Numbered from the whole stretch's first letter, positions 12,497 to 27,134 are shown. The stretch: DNA of 63,749 bases, filler included, from Reticulomyxa filosa (GCA_000512085.1; 24 parts of 24 records of this genome joined end to end with filler, not necessarily neighbours in it); one strand, 5' to 3'. Numbers and translations: made by a program. The notes: generated by a model not told the origin, from the letters alone.

Positions 12497-13043
12497 ATGA
12501 CCGCGCATACTGGACGCGCCGCGCACAGCCATGTTGCCCTTTATGCGGCCTTCGTCAATGCCGTGGTGATCTTCTTTCTCAGCCTGTACCCGTTCACTGG
12601 CTGGGCCTACTCGGGCCGTCCGCTGTTCGAGTTCCTCAGCTATCCGCTACCGTATTACACCCGTTTTTTCGATAATGCGGCCAACCTGCTGATCTACGTA
12701 CCCTACGGTTTCAGCCTGGCCTTGCTCTTGATGCCACGCTGGTTGTCTTTTGTACTGGCGTTGCTGCTATGCCTGCTGACCAGCATCACGGTCGAATTCC
12801 TGCAGGAATTCCTGCCGATGCGCGTGGCCTCCAATCTGGACGTGCTATGCAATGTGGCCGGTGGCGTGCTGGGTGCCATCCTGGCGGTGTCGCCGCTGTT
12901 CCGCCGCCGCATGCACCAGCTGCGGCAATGGCGACGCCGGCATTTTGCCGAGCACAGTGCGGTTGACTACGGCCTGTTGTTGTTGGGTGTGTGGCTGTTG
13001 ACCCAGTTCAACCCGGCCATGCCCTTGTTCGGCGTTGTCGCCT
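12497..13043 (+). CDS. VanZ-family membrane protein, 3' partial (bacterial contig)
   Basis: SLYPF, NLLIYVPYGF, VEFLQEFLPMRVASNLDVLCNVAG motifs. Confidence 0.85.
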
Positions 13044-13143
13044 NNNNNNNNNNNNNNNNNNNNNNNNNNNNNNNNNNNNNNNNNNNNTTAATTAATTAAN
13101 NNNNNNNNNNNNNNNNNNNNNNNNNNNNNNNNNNNNNNNNNNN

Positions 13144-13183
<40 letters not shown>

Positions 13184-13255
13184 CCAATAACAACACAACA
13201 ACATAATATCACATTTTGATTTATTTTTTATTTTTTTTTTTTTTGTGTGTATGTA

Positions 13256-14147
13256 TTAAAAAACCCACGCAATTCCGCCAATGGTATGCAAGCAAGCATT
13301 GCAACACTGTTCGATTTGTTGCGAGCGCTCAAACTCAACACAGTAATTATTGGCCACTTTGAACGAGGATTTGTGGCACCACTTCTTTTTAACAAGTTGG
13401 ATTTGCCTTTTGACGTGCCGTAAATCGCGATACATGTAGCGTTGATGAATCAGCGCCATCTTCAACAAGTATTGCACAATCTTCATGATATTTCGCACAC
13501 AAAACACGTCAAAAAAATCGCCGGCAATCACCGAGAGCAGCTCGTCCACGATATAACGCTGGTCCGTTTTTGCAAACGACGCCAGTATCATCTCTATATT
13601 GTTCGTCCTGTCTTTCCTCCCTTCGTTCCAGCTATTCGAGCGAGGATTTTCCAACGCCTCCAACCATTGCACCGTGGAAAAGCGAAGATCCTCTTCATAA
13701 CAATTCTCATCAGTGATTGAGTTCAACCACTCGCGAAGTTGGTCTTTCATATCTAGTTGAAAAAAAATTATTATTATTATTATTATTATTTTTTTTTTTT
13801 TTTTTGGAACCAATTTTTGGAAAATTCTTTGGAAAATTCTTGACAAAAACAAAACCTATTTGTTGTGGTTGGAGCCCATTGGATTCATCTTGTTGAAGAT
13901 GGATATCACTTGTGCGTAATGAAAACGACGAAAAATCCAAGTTGAAATTGGAATTGAGGGACGTGAAGTCGCGGACGCTGGTTTGATAGCTGGCTTGTGC
14001 TTCGTCACCATGATGGACAAGGACAATCGATTGTTTGTGGTTCACATGTCGAAGAAAGACAGTGACAAAGTTTTGAAAAATAGCCCCACCGCCACTCATC
14101 CGACGAATCTCCATTAAAGCTTGTTTTTTTTTTTCATCTTATTGTTA

Positions 14148-14221
<74 letters not shown>

Positions 14222-15250
14222 GTTGTTATTGTTGGGATTGGTATTTGGTTTGGGATTGGGCAATTTTTTGGGATTGAAAAACATATTGTCGACCACTGCC
14301 TTTGGTGTATTTGTATTGGCATTAGCAGCAGGTCCCGTGGGATTACCTACTGTATTGCCGGTGGTGTTTGTGGCGACATTGGAACTTTTTGCGAGTTTGG
14401 GAGAGGGCTTCGTGGTCTTGTTGACCGCAGCAGACGTGGTGGAATTGTGCAACAAAGGCGTCCCTTCGTTGACCTCTTTCGTGTGCGGATGATATGATGG
14501 CACGCTGGCGTAGCTGGACGTGGACGTCCTGTCATCGTCGATGATTTCGTTCGGATGGATTCGGACTTGCTTCCTTTTCTTATGTACATTGGCGTCTGCA
14601 CTCAGGGCATTCGCACTCGACAGCTCGTTTTTTATCGGCGCCGATTCCATTGCCGACACTTTTTTGTTGCGCGTCATATCATCGTCCTCCGTCGCGTCTG
14701 TTTCTGTTTCTTCCAAACGATCTCGTCGCAACTCTTCGTACGGTTCCATATCGCTGTGTGGTTGTGGATCATGACCATATTCATCATCTATTTTTTTTTT
14801 TTTTTTTTTTTTTTTAGCATGCATGTGGTATGTATTATGTGTATATATATATATACATATATTTTGTCAAAGAATAACTTCCTCTTACACACCAGACGGA
14901 ACGATTTTTTTTAATCATGTTTGAATTTGCTGCAACAATCGGTGGTGGTTGGACAGTGGTGGCAGACTCACTCGCATGTGTTGGTTTGAAGTGCTTTTCT
15001 TGGTCAGGATCTTCCGCACTGGCAGATGCTATATCCCTCACGCGGGGCTTGCTTTTGCTTTCATTGAAAAACACCTTTTCTTGATTCTCCAAAATTCTTG
15101 GCAGTGATCCAGATATGGGCGTGCCAAACCGCTGTTGCAACAGCTGGTTTTGTGTGCTCGTCGCTTGCGAGGCTGGTTGTAAAAGTGTTGCCGACGTGGG
15201 CACAGCATTATTTCCATTATTGTTATTACTGTTACTATTGCTAGTAGTAA

Positions 15251-15282
<32 letters not shown>

Positions 15283-15860
15283 ACTGTTGTTGTTGTTGCT
15301 GTCGTGGTGGTATTGGTAGTGTTGTTAGCAGTATTGACAACTGATACACTGGCAGATACTCCACTCGACACCCATGAACCATCCGATTTTCGACGACCAC
15401 TTGACTGACTATGTGAAAGGCAATAACCGCAAATCGATCGTCCAACTTTTTTTGCATATTAATTATTATACCCTCCCCCCCCCCCCACTCTGATTTAAAA
15501 AAAAAAAAAAACCTGCTGTCAATATCGTTGTTAGAAGGATTAGGGGATTTTGCCATCGAAGGCTCGTCCATTTCGCCGTGATTAGTCTCTCGTTTTTCTT
15601 CGTCGTCGTATTCTTGTTCTGGTTCTTGCTCGTGTTCATGATCGTGATCGTTGTCGTTATCATTGTCTTGGTCGTTTTCTTGCTCCACGTTGGCCAGCAG
15701 CCCGTCTTGAGGCGACGCCGAAAGCAGGGACGACAACACATCCGAATGGGCAAACGAAGGGGGCTCCAGTCCAAACATTCCATTTCGAGGTAGCTTTGCA
15801 GAGTGTCGCAACAAGTGCGTGGGCATTTCTTTGAATGTGCTTTGCAACACTTGCAACGCT
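13256..15860 (-). CDS. Hypothetical multi-exon low-complexity protein, partial
   Basis: Chain of minus-strand ORFs with T-, N- and acidic-rich segments separated by GT..AG introns. Confidence 0.6.
14140..14232. repeat. (AAT)n microsatellite encoding poly-Asn
   Basis: About 30 TTA/TTG triplets. Similar tracts near 9343-9372, 28493-28540, 32840-33065, 38810-38855 and 39282-39320. Confidence 0.95.
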
Positions 15861-16859
15861 TTGTAAAAAGAAGGAAGCCATTGTTCAATTTCATTCTTTT
15901 TTTTTTTTAATTTTTATTTTATTTAATTTTATTTATTGTCATTATTTTATGACATATTTGTCCAACATTTGATAACAATAAATAATATAATTATAAATAT
16001 AAATATAANNNNNNNNNNNNNNNNNNNNNNNNNNNNNNNNNNNNNNNNNNNNTTAATTAATTAANNNNNNNNNNNNNNNNNNNNNNNNNNNNNNNNNNNN
16101 NNNNNNNNTCCCTTGCTGTTACCGGCAGTGAGACCGCGTTAACAGAAGAGTAGATACTGAAGTAACAGTTATGACGCATACAACCTTCTTATGCTGACGA
16201 CGGCCGTTATTTGGAAAGATTCGGATATTCTCAAGTTTATATATTCTTTCTTTTCATCTGATTAATGTTTATTTTCAAACATGCAAACTGCATAAATATA
16301 TTGTATAGAGTGATCATCAATATCAAATCATTAAATATAAATAATGTTTCTCTTTTGCTAGCATGTTACCATTTTGTTGTGCACGTAGTATGTGTAAAAT
16401 GATCTACGTACTTCTAAATGGCATTATCCATTGTAATTGTTACATATGTATTTGTTTTCATTGATTTGAGTAAAATATTTGAAAGATAAGAAGGGAAGTT
16501 TGAAATATTGGTTTGAATGGCAATATCAAATGTTTGTGCAGTTATTTAAAAGAATATGCAAATTGTATATATTTTTCGTTATGAAAAATCAGGGGTCATT
16601 CTGCAATCTCAAGAATGAATTTAAAGTGAATCAATAGGAAAATGCTGAAGTTGGGAAGTGAATTATCATTATCATTATTAATTAAAATTAAAAATTAAAT
16701 TAATTAAATTTTATCAAAAATTAAGAAAATAAAAATAAAAATAAAAATGAAATGCAGCAAATGGTGCCAGGAATCTTGTGCATATCCAAATATTTGCCAA
16801 CTATTCAAGTAAACAATGCCGTAAGTGTAATGATATGATGAAATGGAAACAAAACATAG

Positions 16860-18154
16860 AATAAAAAGTAAAGCTGGAAAATCGCGCCATGACGGCAGTA
16901 AGTATTCGTGTTGTCGGTTGGCCACTTTTGAGGATTGCAAGCGATACCACAATGCTATCGACTTGTCCATATTAGTGGACGATTTTCCTTGCAGAACTGG
17001 TGGCACTGAAGACTCTAGATGATGCAATTCTTGCATCAAATGTTTGGTCTACGGCGTGCAGACAATACGTGAGAATGGAGGAGCCTACTTACACGAACAT
17101 GAACCAGTAATGACATCAAATATCCACGATAACAATGAATAGCGCCAAATGGGATATCAATGTCCCATAATCCAATTGAAAAAAAGCAACACACAAAAAA
17201 AGATTGAAACACTACACCAACACGCAAACAGAAATGGTGATCTTCACTAAATCTTTTAACAAAACACCACGAAAAAAGAATTTAAAAAAGGTAAGTAAAA
17301 AAAAAAAGTAAAATAAGCTGACAAAAAAAATTGCAACGAGTGCAACTGAGCAACAGGTGAAAAGGTACAAAGGGGACAACAAGCAAGTAATGGGAAATAA
17401 GTGTAAAAAGGAAAATCAATGACTACCATCCTAAAAAAAAACCAACAGGAATAATCGAGATATCAATGATCGACACCATGACTCCAAAATAACAATCTAT
17501 GCCAATCTATTAACAAACAAACATCCGATCTAGTATAAATAGTAATGTAAATATTAATTAATAAAAATAACTTCGAATTCGACTTGATATCGCAAAACGG
17601 CCGTCGTCAGCCTGGTAATCAATGTAGGCACATTGTTGCGATGTAGTATCTATATCTATCTGTTAGCACGGCGCACTGCCAGTAACACCAATGGGGATGC
17701 TGTATACCATGTCCATCTACAGATGGACATTGCCACATCAGTCCTGCAAGTAAGTATGTCGGTGTTGCGATAATGCAAACCTTTAATGTGGCCTTGGTTT
17801 GCCGCAAGCACCGACGCCCTGTGTCGCACGCATTTTGCGATCATAAATCGCAATCTTAATCAGCGCTGAGTAATGCGCTGAGGCTGACTTGGCTCCATCA
17901 CAATAATACATGACACAGGAACACAAGAATGCACTAATACATGAACCATAATCGATAATAACCATATATTCATCCACAATCAAATGACACGACCATATTC
18001 GAAACGACGCCAGTCTAAAATATCCAACTCCGAACCATTCTTGCAAACTTTTGGTATTTGAAAAGACCAAGAAAAAAAGAAAAGAGCTGTTTGGCTAACT
18101 CTTTTGAAACGCAGTAATCATCAATATTTTCACCACCGGCGCTGGCACTGGAAC
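16860..18154 (-). pseudogene. Possible decayed coding sequence, unidentified
   Basis: GC-richer blocks with hydrophobic, protein-like translations interrupted by stops in every frame. Confidence 0.25.
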
Positions 18155-19639
18155 NNNNNNNNNNNNNNNNNNNNNNNNNNNNNNNNNNNNNNNNNNNNTT
18201 AATTAATTAANNNNNNNNNNNNNNNNNNNNNNNNNNNNNNNNNNNNNNNNNNNNAACCCGATTATCTATTAACCTTTCAATTAACAACGAAACAAACAAA
18301 AAATAAATAATTTGTGCACAAATTATCATTTTTTTATTCAAAAAAGAACTCATCGCATTGTGTAAACAAAAGCAAGTTGAAAAAGCACATTGTCCAAAAT
18401 ATGACATTACGCTAAACAATATATATATAATTCACCTATTTTTTTTTAAACGAATTTTATCAAACATTTCAAAGTGATGTTGTAACCACTACAACGTGAT
18501 TATCTAACCATATCAGATTTACAGTGGCAATATCAAAAGTGTTGAAAAAACAATATCTGGCAAGTAATACAATAATAATACTATATAACGCATCACCACA
18601 ATATACATCAAATTGATAATAATTAAAAATGCAAAAAATATTTAAAAAACAAATTTATGAACAAATAAACAAATGCAATTGAACAATAAAAAAAAGTATA
18701 AAAAGTGCATATGCACTAATGTTGAAAAAGATATAATTATATACAAATACTGATTATTAAAAAAATAAATGAGCAATGAATCAATATAATCACTAATGAC
18801 ATTATCAATCAACTACAAACATATAAATCTATTTAAAAGATAATGTATTATATTTAATCAAAAATAAGCAATAATTTGATTGTAAATAAATAAAATATAA
18901 CTCCAAATAATAAACATATATAATCACAACGTAAGTCGCCAACAAGTTGATAAATGTATTAGCCATAATTGTTGTAAAGTCTTTAAATTTATTACGTCAC
19001 ATTGTACTAACTGTACGAAAGACTTGAACTATTGCGATAATCATATATTAACACTATCATCAGTACTAACTTTCCTGGAGCGATATCGACGTTACTTGAG
19101 GCAATTCCACTACTGGTGCTTGAGAAACTGTTCCGAAAAGGAATTAAAAGTTCACGCATTTTATTGCAACGAAAAAACTTCGAAATTACAGTTCTTGTTC
19201 CGTACAATTAATTAAAATGTTGCCTCAATCTTAACGTTTATGAATTTGCAATTATTTTCTCCAGTGCCATTTGTTCTTTTTTTAATGAACTTATTGCAAG
19301 ATGAAAATGTTTGTTAAATAAAAAAAATGTTATGACATAGTTTCTAGAAATTCAAAAATTATTGTTTCGAGTTTTCTTTTTTTTGTGAAAGGGCTAAGAC
19401 AAATGCATAGCAATATAGACAATAGTCTAAAATTTGACAATAATCCATTTATCTCATCTTCAACTCTCTTAAAAATAGATCAACTGTGCTCGTTTTTGTA
19501 ATAATAAAACAAATGCATTTGAAAAAGACATCAACAAATAAAAAGCGTTTTTGCCAAAAAATATCCCTTTAATGCAGCAATTTTAACCAATTCAAAAAGA
19601 AACGTAAAAAAGACCAAATAGTATTAAAAGAAACAGAAA

Positions 19640-20851
19640 TTACATGTCTTTGGCAGCGACAGTGTGAATACGAATTTCTTTGGCCTTGGGATTAGGCGGT
19701 CTAGGGAAAATGGGGTTAAGTTTGCCAGCGTAATACTTCCATTGTGGATATTTGGAATACGTATAAAATTCGGTGAAGTACAGCGATTGGTAGAATAACA
19801 CGCAAAAATTGAGAAATCCAAGGACAGACCAATTGAACCCGACATATATGCAGCTAAACAAGAATATCGTGAACCATTGCCCGATCTCACCAAAATAATT
19901 AGGATGCCGTGAGTACTTGTACAATCCACTCTACAAATTTGTATTGAATGTGTTTTTATTCATATTCAGTCATATCATTTATGCATTGGATAAAAAAAAT
20001 GCACAAGTTAACTTGAAGGAAGCCATCAGTAAAGGTGTCACCGGTAATATTACTAAATTCGCGTGATCTTAATTTCACTTTTTTAATATGTTGAAAAGTG
20101 AACATTTGATGATCAGCAACGGCTTCAAAGGCCAAGAAAAACAAGTGAACCAAAGCCAATACAAAGTCTGCTGGCTGCAATTGGCTTCCTCCACGATAGA
20201 TTACATATGCCGGCAAGGTGCATTGCAACCAGTTTGTCAATGGCAGATAAAATCCTGCCAATGCTATCTTTATTATTTCCCAAACCAATTGATTACTAAA
20301 CCATATTCCTCGCAATTGCTGCCATCGATAATCCTCGTGTCCTTTCTGTTATTTTTTTTATTAGTTAAATCTTTGTAATGCGCATTCGCGCCATCGCAAC
20401 AAAAAAACTTCCCCTCTCTTTCGTAATGCTCACCTCATAATTCAAATTTAAGTGTAACATATACATGTGTATAAAAAAAAGAAAACTAAACGTTGTATCC
20501 TGCTTTGATGTAGAGATTGTAGGTCAATCGAACACTCCAGGCGATGACCAATAGCAACAGGAGCAGCAAACGCTGATGAATAGCACCATGTGTAATATAA
20601 TAGTGGATGTTATATAATAACACATAAAAAGGAGGAAGGATACTCCACAACTGATCCACTGAGGACAAACTATCGTGCTTGCGTTGACGATAGTGAATTA
20701 TAACCAAGGTTACTATGAACGCTAACAGTTGCAAGTACAGCGGGTCGGGTGCTTTAAATACTGATACCACTTTAAACACATACCACGGTTGGGAGCGCAA
20801 TGTTGCTCCCACTGCACGCAAATGGTCACTATACGCGAAGAGACCTTGCAT
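19640..20851 (-). CDS. DUF1295 / steroid 5-alpha-reductase-like membrane protein, 3 exons
   Basis: SSVDQLWS, WSVRLTYN, EDYRW, EAVADHQMFTFQ, GLYKYSRHPNYFGE. Confidence 0.88.
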
Positions 20852-22256
20852 TTGTTTTTCTAATCAAGAATAATTACAAAATAAAAAACTAGGTTACACA
20901 AAACGTCTAGTTTCAACGGCATAATTTTGTAGATAATTAGAAAAACTTCAGTTTTTACGATGGATGTTTCGTTGGCATCCAGAATATTTCAATACTACAA
21001 ATGAAATCAATATAAGAGTTGACAAGTATGATGATCATTCAAGTCTTTGAAAAGTGCAAAACTCAACACTGAAACACGAACACCGCGGCAAATTTTCTTG
21101 TTCGCAATGCTAGCATTGTACACACTTTTCATCTGCTGTCGTCAATATTTGTTGTGATATATCTTTGCAACAATATCTGCTAAGATTGGCCATTAAAAAA
21201 AAAAAATATTATTGTTTGTATGGAGTACAGTACATGCAAAGCGCGAACAGCTTATAAATTAGATAACTGAAGAAAAGATATTCACCAACGAATTTTTTTC
21301 AATTGAAAAAAGAAAATTCTGTCATAAAAAAAATGAAATTTTTGAAGCAATTAGGAAATAGAATAAAAAACCAAAGCATAGAGAATCTGGAGCAGGAAAG
21401 TAAGTTTTAAGAAATGAAAATGACATTTTTGTTTGATTAAATTAAAAAAGAAAGATGAAATATTGGAGCCAATGTAGGAAGCTCAGGTACAGAAGTTGTA
21501 AGTGTAATACGACAGAGTAGTTTTTCAATAATAGCAATAAAAAAAGTGAAAAGAGTTTTGAAGAAGTTTAACACACTGGGGACTCAGGCCATTTAGAGTT
21601 ACGCCATCTACAGTAAGGGCTTGCCTTACACCATTATGACGTAGGTAGTATTACTACAAAGTTATATTTAAAAACTACAATACTAGTGTATGGTAAAATG
21701 CAAAAAAGTCGACATTTAAAACAGCATATATTAATTATCTCAATGAAGAAACAACGTTTAAACAATTTTTTTAAAAACATACTAGCTTATTAGTGATGCT
21801 AATGCGATTTTAAATATTAAATTCAATAACATAAACAATAAAGTTTTATAATATCACGTAAATTATATTATGCAGTAAGTCGCTTCCATGAAACATTTTA
21901 GTTAATATTTTGTAAATAAAATTGTTTCAAATAAGGTGATATTAGATTATAAGCAAAAAATAAGTAAATAAAGATAAAAAGATAGTTGGTATCAAGCTTG
22001 CTAGTATGCGGTGGAACCGTCCTAGAAAGATTAAACGCTAGTAACCTCGTACTAATCAACATTTTCATAACATGCAGCTATTAATTACAAGCCTTTGCTG
22101 TACTCTACGTTAAAAGTTTGTGTCAGTTTAAAATAAAAGGAAGCAGACTAAAAAAAACCTAAAATAAAGTTGCAATTATCATTTTTTTGTTACATTTTTG
22201 CTCTCTTGAAATTGTACTCCTGCTCTGTTAATTGTTGAATCTTGTACTACTTGAAA

Positions 22257-24944
22257 ATGTGGCCTGGATTTCGCTCTGAAGACATGTCGTACGTGCAAAT
22301 ACTTCTTCCTTCTGCAGTCGCAGAAGAATTTGTGGACAATGTTGGAAGAGAAGCATGTATGGAATTTACTGATCTGAATGCAAATTTTCAGCCTTTTCAA
22401 AGAACATATACTAAAGATATTATGAAAATACAAGAAATCGAAAGAAGAATCAGAGAGATTGAAGCACAGTTAAAAGAATATAAGGTGCCCTTTAAAAGTG
22501 ATGTCACAGCTGATGATCTTAAGAATTGTCCAAGAGGAACAATTATTGATGCCATAGCAGTTCGTTGTGTTTCATTACAGACACATATAAATGCAAGTGC
22601 TATATATAAAATGACAAAATGAAAATTGTGTATAGAAAGATGTGAATAAGACATATTCCGAATTGAAAAGTCAAGGCAATGCAGAAAAAGACTTGCATAA
22701 GCAATTGTTAGAACGCGAGGTGTGAATCCACTGCAATTGATATAGTCACACACACACACACACAAACATACATATATAAATATGCATTAATGAGGTAAGC
22801 ATAAAAATGAGGATTGTGTGTAGGCAAAGATTGAGGTGTTATCGCAAATGGAAACCTTTCTGTCTCAACGCATTGCACTCGTGGAAGAGCGTTTGGGTTT
22901 AATGGAAAGCGAAGATGCGATGCCTCTAATTCGGAGAGATGAACGTCGACCCGACGATGTAACGTTTAAATATATCGCAGGCGTGGTGACGAATGCACAG
23001 CGCGTGTCATTTGAGCGTCAAGTGTATTTGACAACTCGTGGGAATTCATTGGTGCAATTCGAGGCGACGTCACACGACAGAATGGTATTTGCGGTGTTTT
23101 TTTTGGGCAATCAACTTCAGCGATTGTTACGACGATTGTGTCAATTCATGAATATCTTCGTATGCTATGAGTCGGACAGCGAGACGCCACGCAAAGTATT
23201 GTTGCAACAGGCTCAAAGCGAAAGAGCAGAAGACAAGCGTGCACATTTGGCCACGAAAAAGCTGTTAATGCGAATCATGCGTGAAGCGGTGACGCAATTA
23301 AAGGGATGGAAAATCACGCTTATTCAAGAAAAGGGGATTCGAGTAACGCTTAACAAATTTCGACAAAAGGCACGCAATAACGTAGTGGTAGCCGAAGGAT
23401 GGTGTGCCACGAAGGCAAAGGAGCAGATCCATGATATAATGGAACAAATAGTCCATGGCAAAGGTGTGAGTCAGCCAATTTTGACAGACTGTCCATTTAA
23501 AGGCAATCCACCCACTTATTTTGAAGAAAACGAACTCACGGCAGCATTTCAAGCGATTGTGGACACGTATGGAGTGCCCCGTTATAAGGAGTTCAATCCA
23601 GCCATTCCCACCATTATCACCTTCCCATTTCTGTTTGGAGTAATGTATGGAGACATGTTTCACGGATCATGTCTGCTGTTGTTTGCACTTTGCTTGTTGC
23701 TCGCCGGCAAATTGACTGACTTGTCGCAATCCGAACTGATGTCGTCACTGTATTTCGCCAGATATGTGCTGCTGCTTATGGGCGTCTTTGCAGTGTATTG
23801 CGGTGTCATTTACAATGATTGCATGTCCGTCATGGTCAATGGCTGGAATGGTTCTCAATGGCAACACGGATACACCACAGATGATCAAGTCGTCATGGTC
23901 CAACGCAATGTCTATGCCGTTGGAATTGATCCCGCTTGGAGTGGTGTCGACAATCAATTGTCTTTCGCCAATAGCTTGAAAATGAAATTGGCTGTGATCA
24001 TCGGTGTAATACAAATGACCTTTGGTCTTTTTCTCAAATTATCCAATCATCTTCAGGAAAATGACTTCATTAGCGTTTGGTTCGAGTTCATTCCACAAAT
24101 GGTCTTCATGATGTGTTTCTTCGGATACATGGTCTTTTTGATCTTTTACAAATGGTGTATCGATTGGACCACATCCACCTTATCCGACACCCCCTCGCTT
24201 ATCACTGTTCTTATCAAAATGTTCCTAAGTCCTGGCTCTGTCGACAGCGAAGTCCAAATCTTTGGAAACAAGAATCTTCAAGCCACCATTCAAGTTATTT
24301 TCTTATTGGCTTTGATCCTCTCCATACCTGTCATGCTATGTGTCAAGCCTTGCATTTTGAGGAGTCGAATGGCCAACCACAATTATCAAAATGTCCCCGA
24401 TGACGAGAAAGAGGAAACCGAAGTACAGTTGCCTGTTGTGCAAAGCAAGGAAGGCGAGAAAAGTGAGAAATCTCAGACCACAGACGAAGTGTCCAAACAG
24501 ACTGAACACGAAGACAGCAAAGATACGGAGAGCCATCATTCAACCCAACACGGAAAAAGACATGAACACGAATCCTTTGGTGATATAATGATCCATCAAT
24601 TGATTCACACCATCGAATACGTTCTGGGAACTATCTCCAATACTGCCTCTTATTTACGTTTATGGGCTTTAAGCTTGGCCCATGCCGAATTGTCCGAAGT
24701 TTTTTTTGACAAAACCTTACGAATGACTTTGGAAAGTACTGGCGTTGGCGCCGTCATCATGAATGTGGTATCCGCTGCTGCTTTTTTGTCGTTTACTTGT
24801 ACAGTATTATTGATTATGGATGTCTTGGAGTGCTTTTTACATGCACTACGCTTACATTGGGTTGAGTTTCAAAATAAATTCTTCTATGCTGATGGAAAAG
24901 CTTTCCGACCTTTTGCCTTTGAAAAATTATTGAAAGCGGAGTAA
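22257..24944 (+). CDS. ATP6V0A: V-type ATPase V0 subunit a, 3 exons
   Basis: FRSEDM, FTDLN, PPTYF, YGVPRYKEFNP, FPFLFGVMYGD, NSLKMK, SNTASYLRLWALSLAH (essential Arg), LHALRLHWVEF. Confidence 0.96.
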
Positions 24945-25357
24945 TATTTGGTGAGGTGATGCACTTGTGCTATTTATTTTTTTAATAAGCACTATTTCAT
25001 TTATTCCTTTTCGTTCACCCGAGTGCTTTTTTGTTCTTTTGTCTATCCTGCAAAATTAATGGACGCATTATATGCACCTACGAGCCTTAATACATTTTGA
25101 CATAGTGTTTTTCATTTTCAATCCTTACAAAAAATTGAACGCGTGCAATTTTATCCCCTCATCCGTTGTTTTAATTTAAATTTTTATTTTAACAATTTTT
25201 GGATTTGTTTTGTCTATTTTTCCAATTGTTTGAGATTTAGTTGACGGGAAACAAAGTATTAGTTGTGCACAGTTCTTGGGTTAGGTAAATTTTAGGGCAG
25301 TTTATATTTATTTATCAAGCATTTGGAATTTTGTCGTACTTTTCCTGAATTTCTGAC

Positions 25358-25836
25358 ATGTCTCACAGGTCTGTTACATTTGGACTTATTGTCAACACAA
25401 TCTACAATATTAAACAAGCGAAGGTTGAAACAGAAAAAAAGTGGTTCTGAAAATGATATTATTGGGCGATTCAGGGTACGCACAATATATTTTTTATCTT
25501 TTTTGTGGACTAGTAACAATAATTACACATGTAATGTATATGCAATTGATTTCTCAGCGTAGGAAAGACGTCGTTGATGAATAAGTATGTGAGTGACAAG
25601 TTTTCAAAAACATACAAAGCCACAATTGGGGCAGATTTTTTGACAAAAGAAATAACAATCGATGATACTTTGGTAACATTGCAAATTTGGGATACTGCAG
25701 GACAAGAACGATTTCAGAGCTTGGGTGTAGCGTTTTATCGTGGAGCAGGTATTTATTTTGTTTGTTTTAACGGAATTATAACAAATAAATTGAACGAATT
25801 GAAAATGTAAACAGACGCATGTATACTTGTTTATGA
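25358..25836 (+). CDS. RAB7: Rab7 GTPase, 3' partial (exons 25358-25368, 25434-25475, 25558-25748, 25815-)
   Basis: Spliced [60 protein letters not shown]. Confidence 0.93.
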
Positions 25837-26017
25837 NNNNNNNNNNNNNNNNNNNNNNNNNNNNNNNNNNNNNNNNNNNNTTAATTAATTAANNNNNNNN
25901 NNNNNNNNNNNNNNNNNNNNNNNNNNNNNNNNNNNNATTATTCAAACAACTACAACTTGTGATCGACGTGTATTTCTTTATAATAATTATTATTATTTAT
26001 CAAATACAAGTATTGAA

Positions 26018-27134
26018 ATGAATCAAAATCATCCATGGAATAAAGCAAATAAAAAAGCACATGAAATTGTGAATCAAATGATAAATGAAAAACAACAAGG
26101 AATAATAGTTATTTCAACAAATATTGATCAATTTGCAAAATCAAATAATAAAAAATTTTGGCAAGAAGTTCCATTTTCAATGATGATTAATTCAAAAGAA
26201 TATTTAAAACAGAAAATAATAATTGGAAAATATTCAATTTGTTTGTTTTGTTCCAAAAAAATAACATTTGATGATATCACAATTGATGGATGTGTTTATG
26301 TTGTTGATTGTGTTATTCGTGGAATTGGAAATTGCTATATTACTCAACAGCTTATCCATACTAATAAATCTGTTATCCAATGTTCTTTTCATTCTCCTGT
26401 TTTTACTTGCTCTTGGCCAATTAATACAAAACAATTAATGCGTTCAGGGAAAAAATTATTAAAAAATTCAAATTTGAACGAAGCAATTCAATTTTTTCAT
26501 TTTTTACTTTGTGTTAGATTGCAGACATTACATCATTCTCACATTGATGTTGCAAAGTCTTATTTTTACTTGGGTATTGCATATTATAATAAAAGAGAAC
26601 ACGACAAAGCAGTTGAATATCATGAAAGATCGTTGAACATCAGATTGGATAAATTTGGACATGATCATATTGATGTTGCTACTTCATACAACTATTTGGG
26701 AGTTGTCTATTACAACAAAGAAGAATACAATAAAGCAATTGAATATTATGAAAGATCGTTGAAAATAAGATTGGATAAATTGGGACATGATCACATTAAT
26801 GTTGCTGATTCATACAGCAATTTAGGATCTGTCTATTACGGCAAAGGAGAATACAATAAAGCAATTGAATATTATGAAAAATCGTTGAAAATCGGATTGG
26901 ATAAATTGGGACATGATCATATTGATGTTGCTACTTCATACCATCATTTCGGAAGTGCTTATAAAAAGAAAGGAGAATACGATAAAGCAATTGAATATTA
27001 TGAAAAATCATTGAAAATAAGATCGGATAAATTGGGACATGATCACATTCGTGTTGCTCATTCATACAACAATTTGGGAATTGTTTATTCTAACAAAGAA
27101 GAATACAATAAAGCAATTGAATATTATGAAAAAT
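26018..27134 (+). CDS. TPR-repeat protein (kinesin-light-chain-type 42-aa repeats) with an uncharacterised N-terminal domain, partial
   Basis: Five repeats of HxxVAxSYxxLGxxYxxKxEYxKAIEYYExSLKIRLDKLGHD. Confidence 0.9.
26530..27134 (+). repeat. 126-bp tandem DNA repeat array (TPR units)
   Basis: aaagcaattgaatattatgaaa and ggataaattgggacatgatca recur at 126-bp spacing; the contig ends inside the array. Confidence 0.92.

Noticed and set aside
11656-13043. Horizontal transfer of bacterial genes into the protist
   Set aside because: No physical junction with host DNA; bacterial RBS and terminator are intact.
21570-21655. tRNA or divergent U1 snRNA (minus strand starts ATACTACCT and has a TGGTGTAAGG-like arm)
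   Set aside because: No T-loop GTTC or cloverleaf, no U1-70K/U1A loops and no Sm site.
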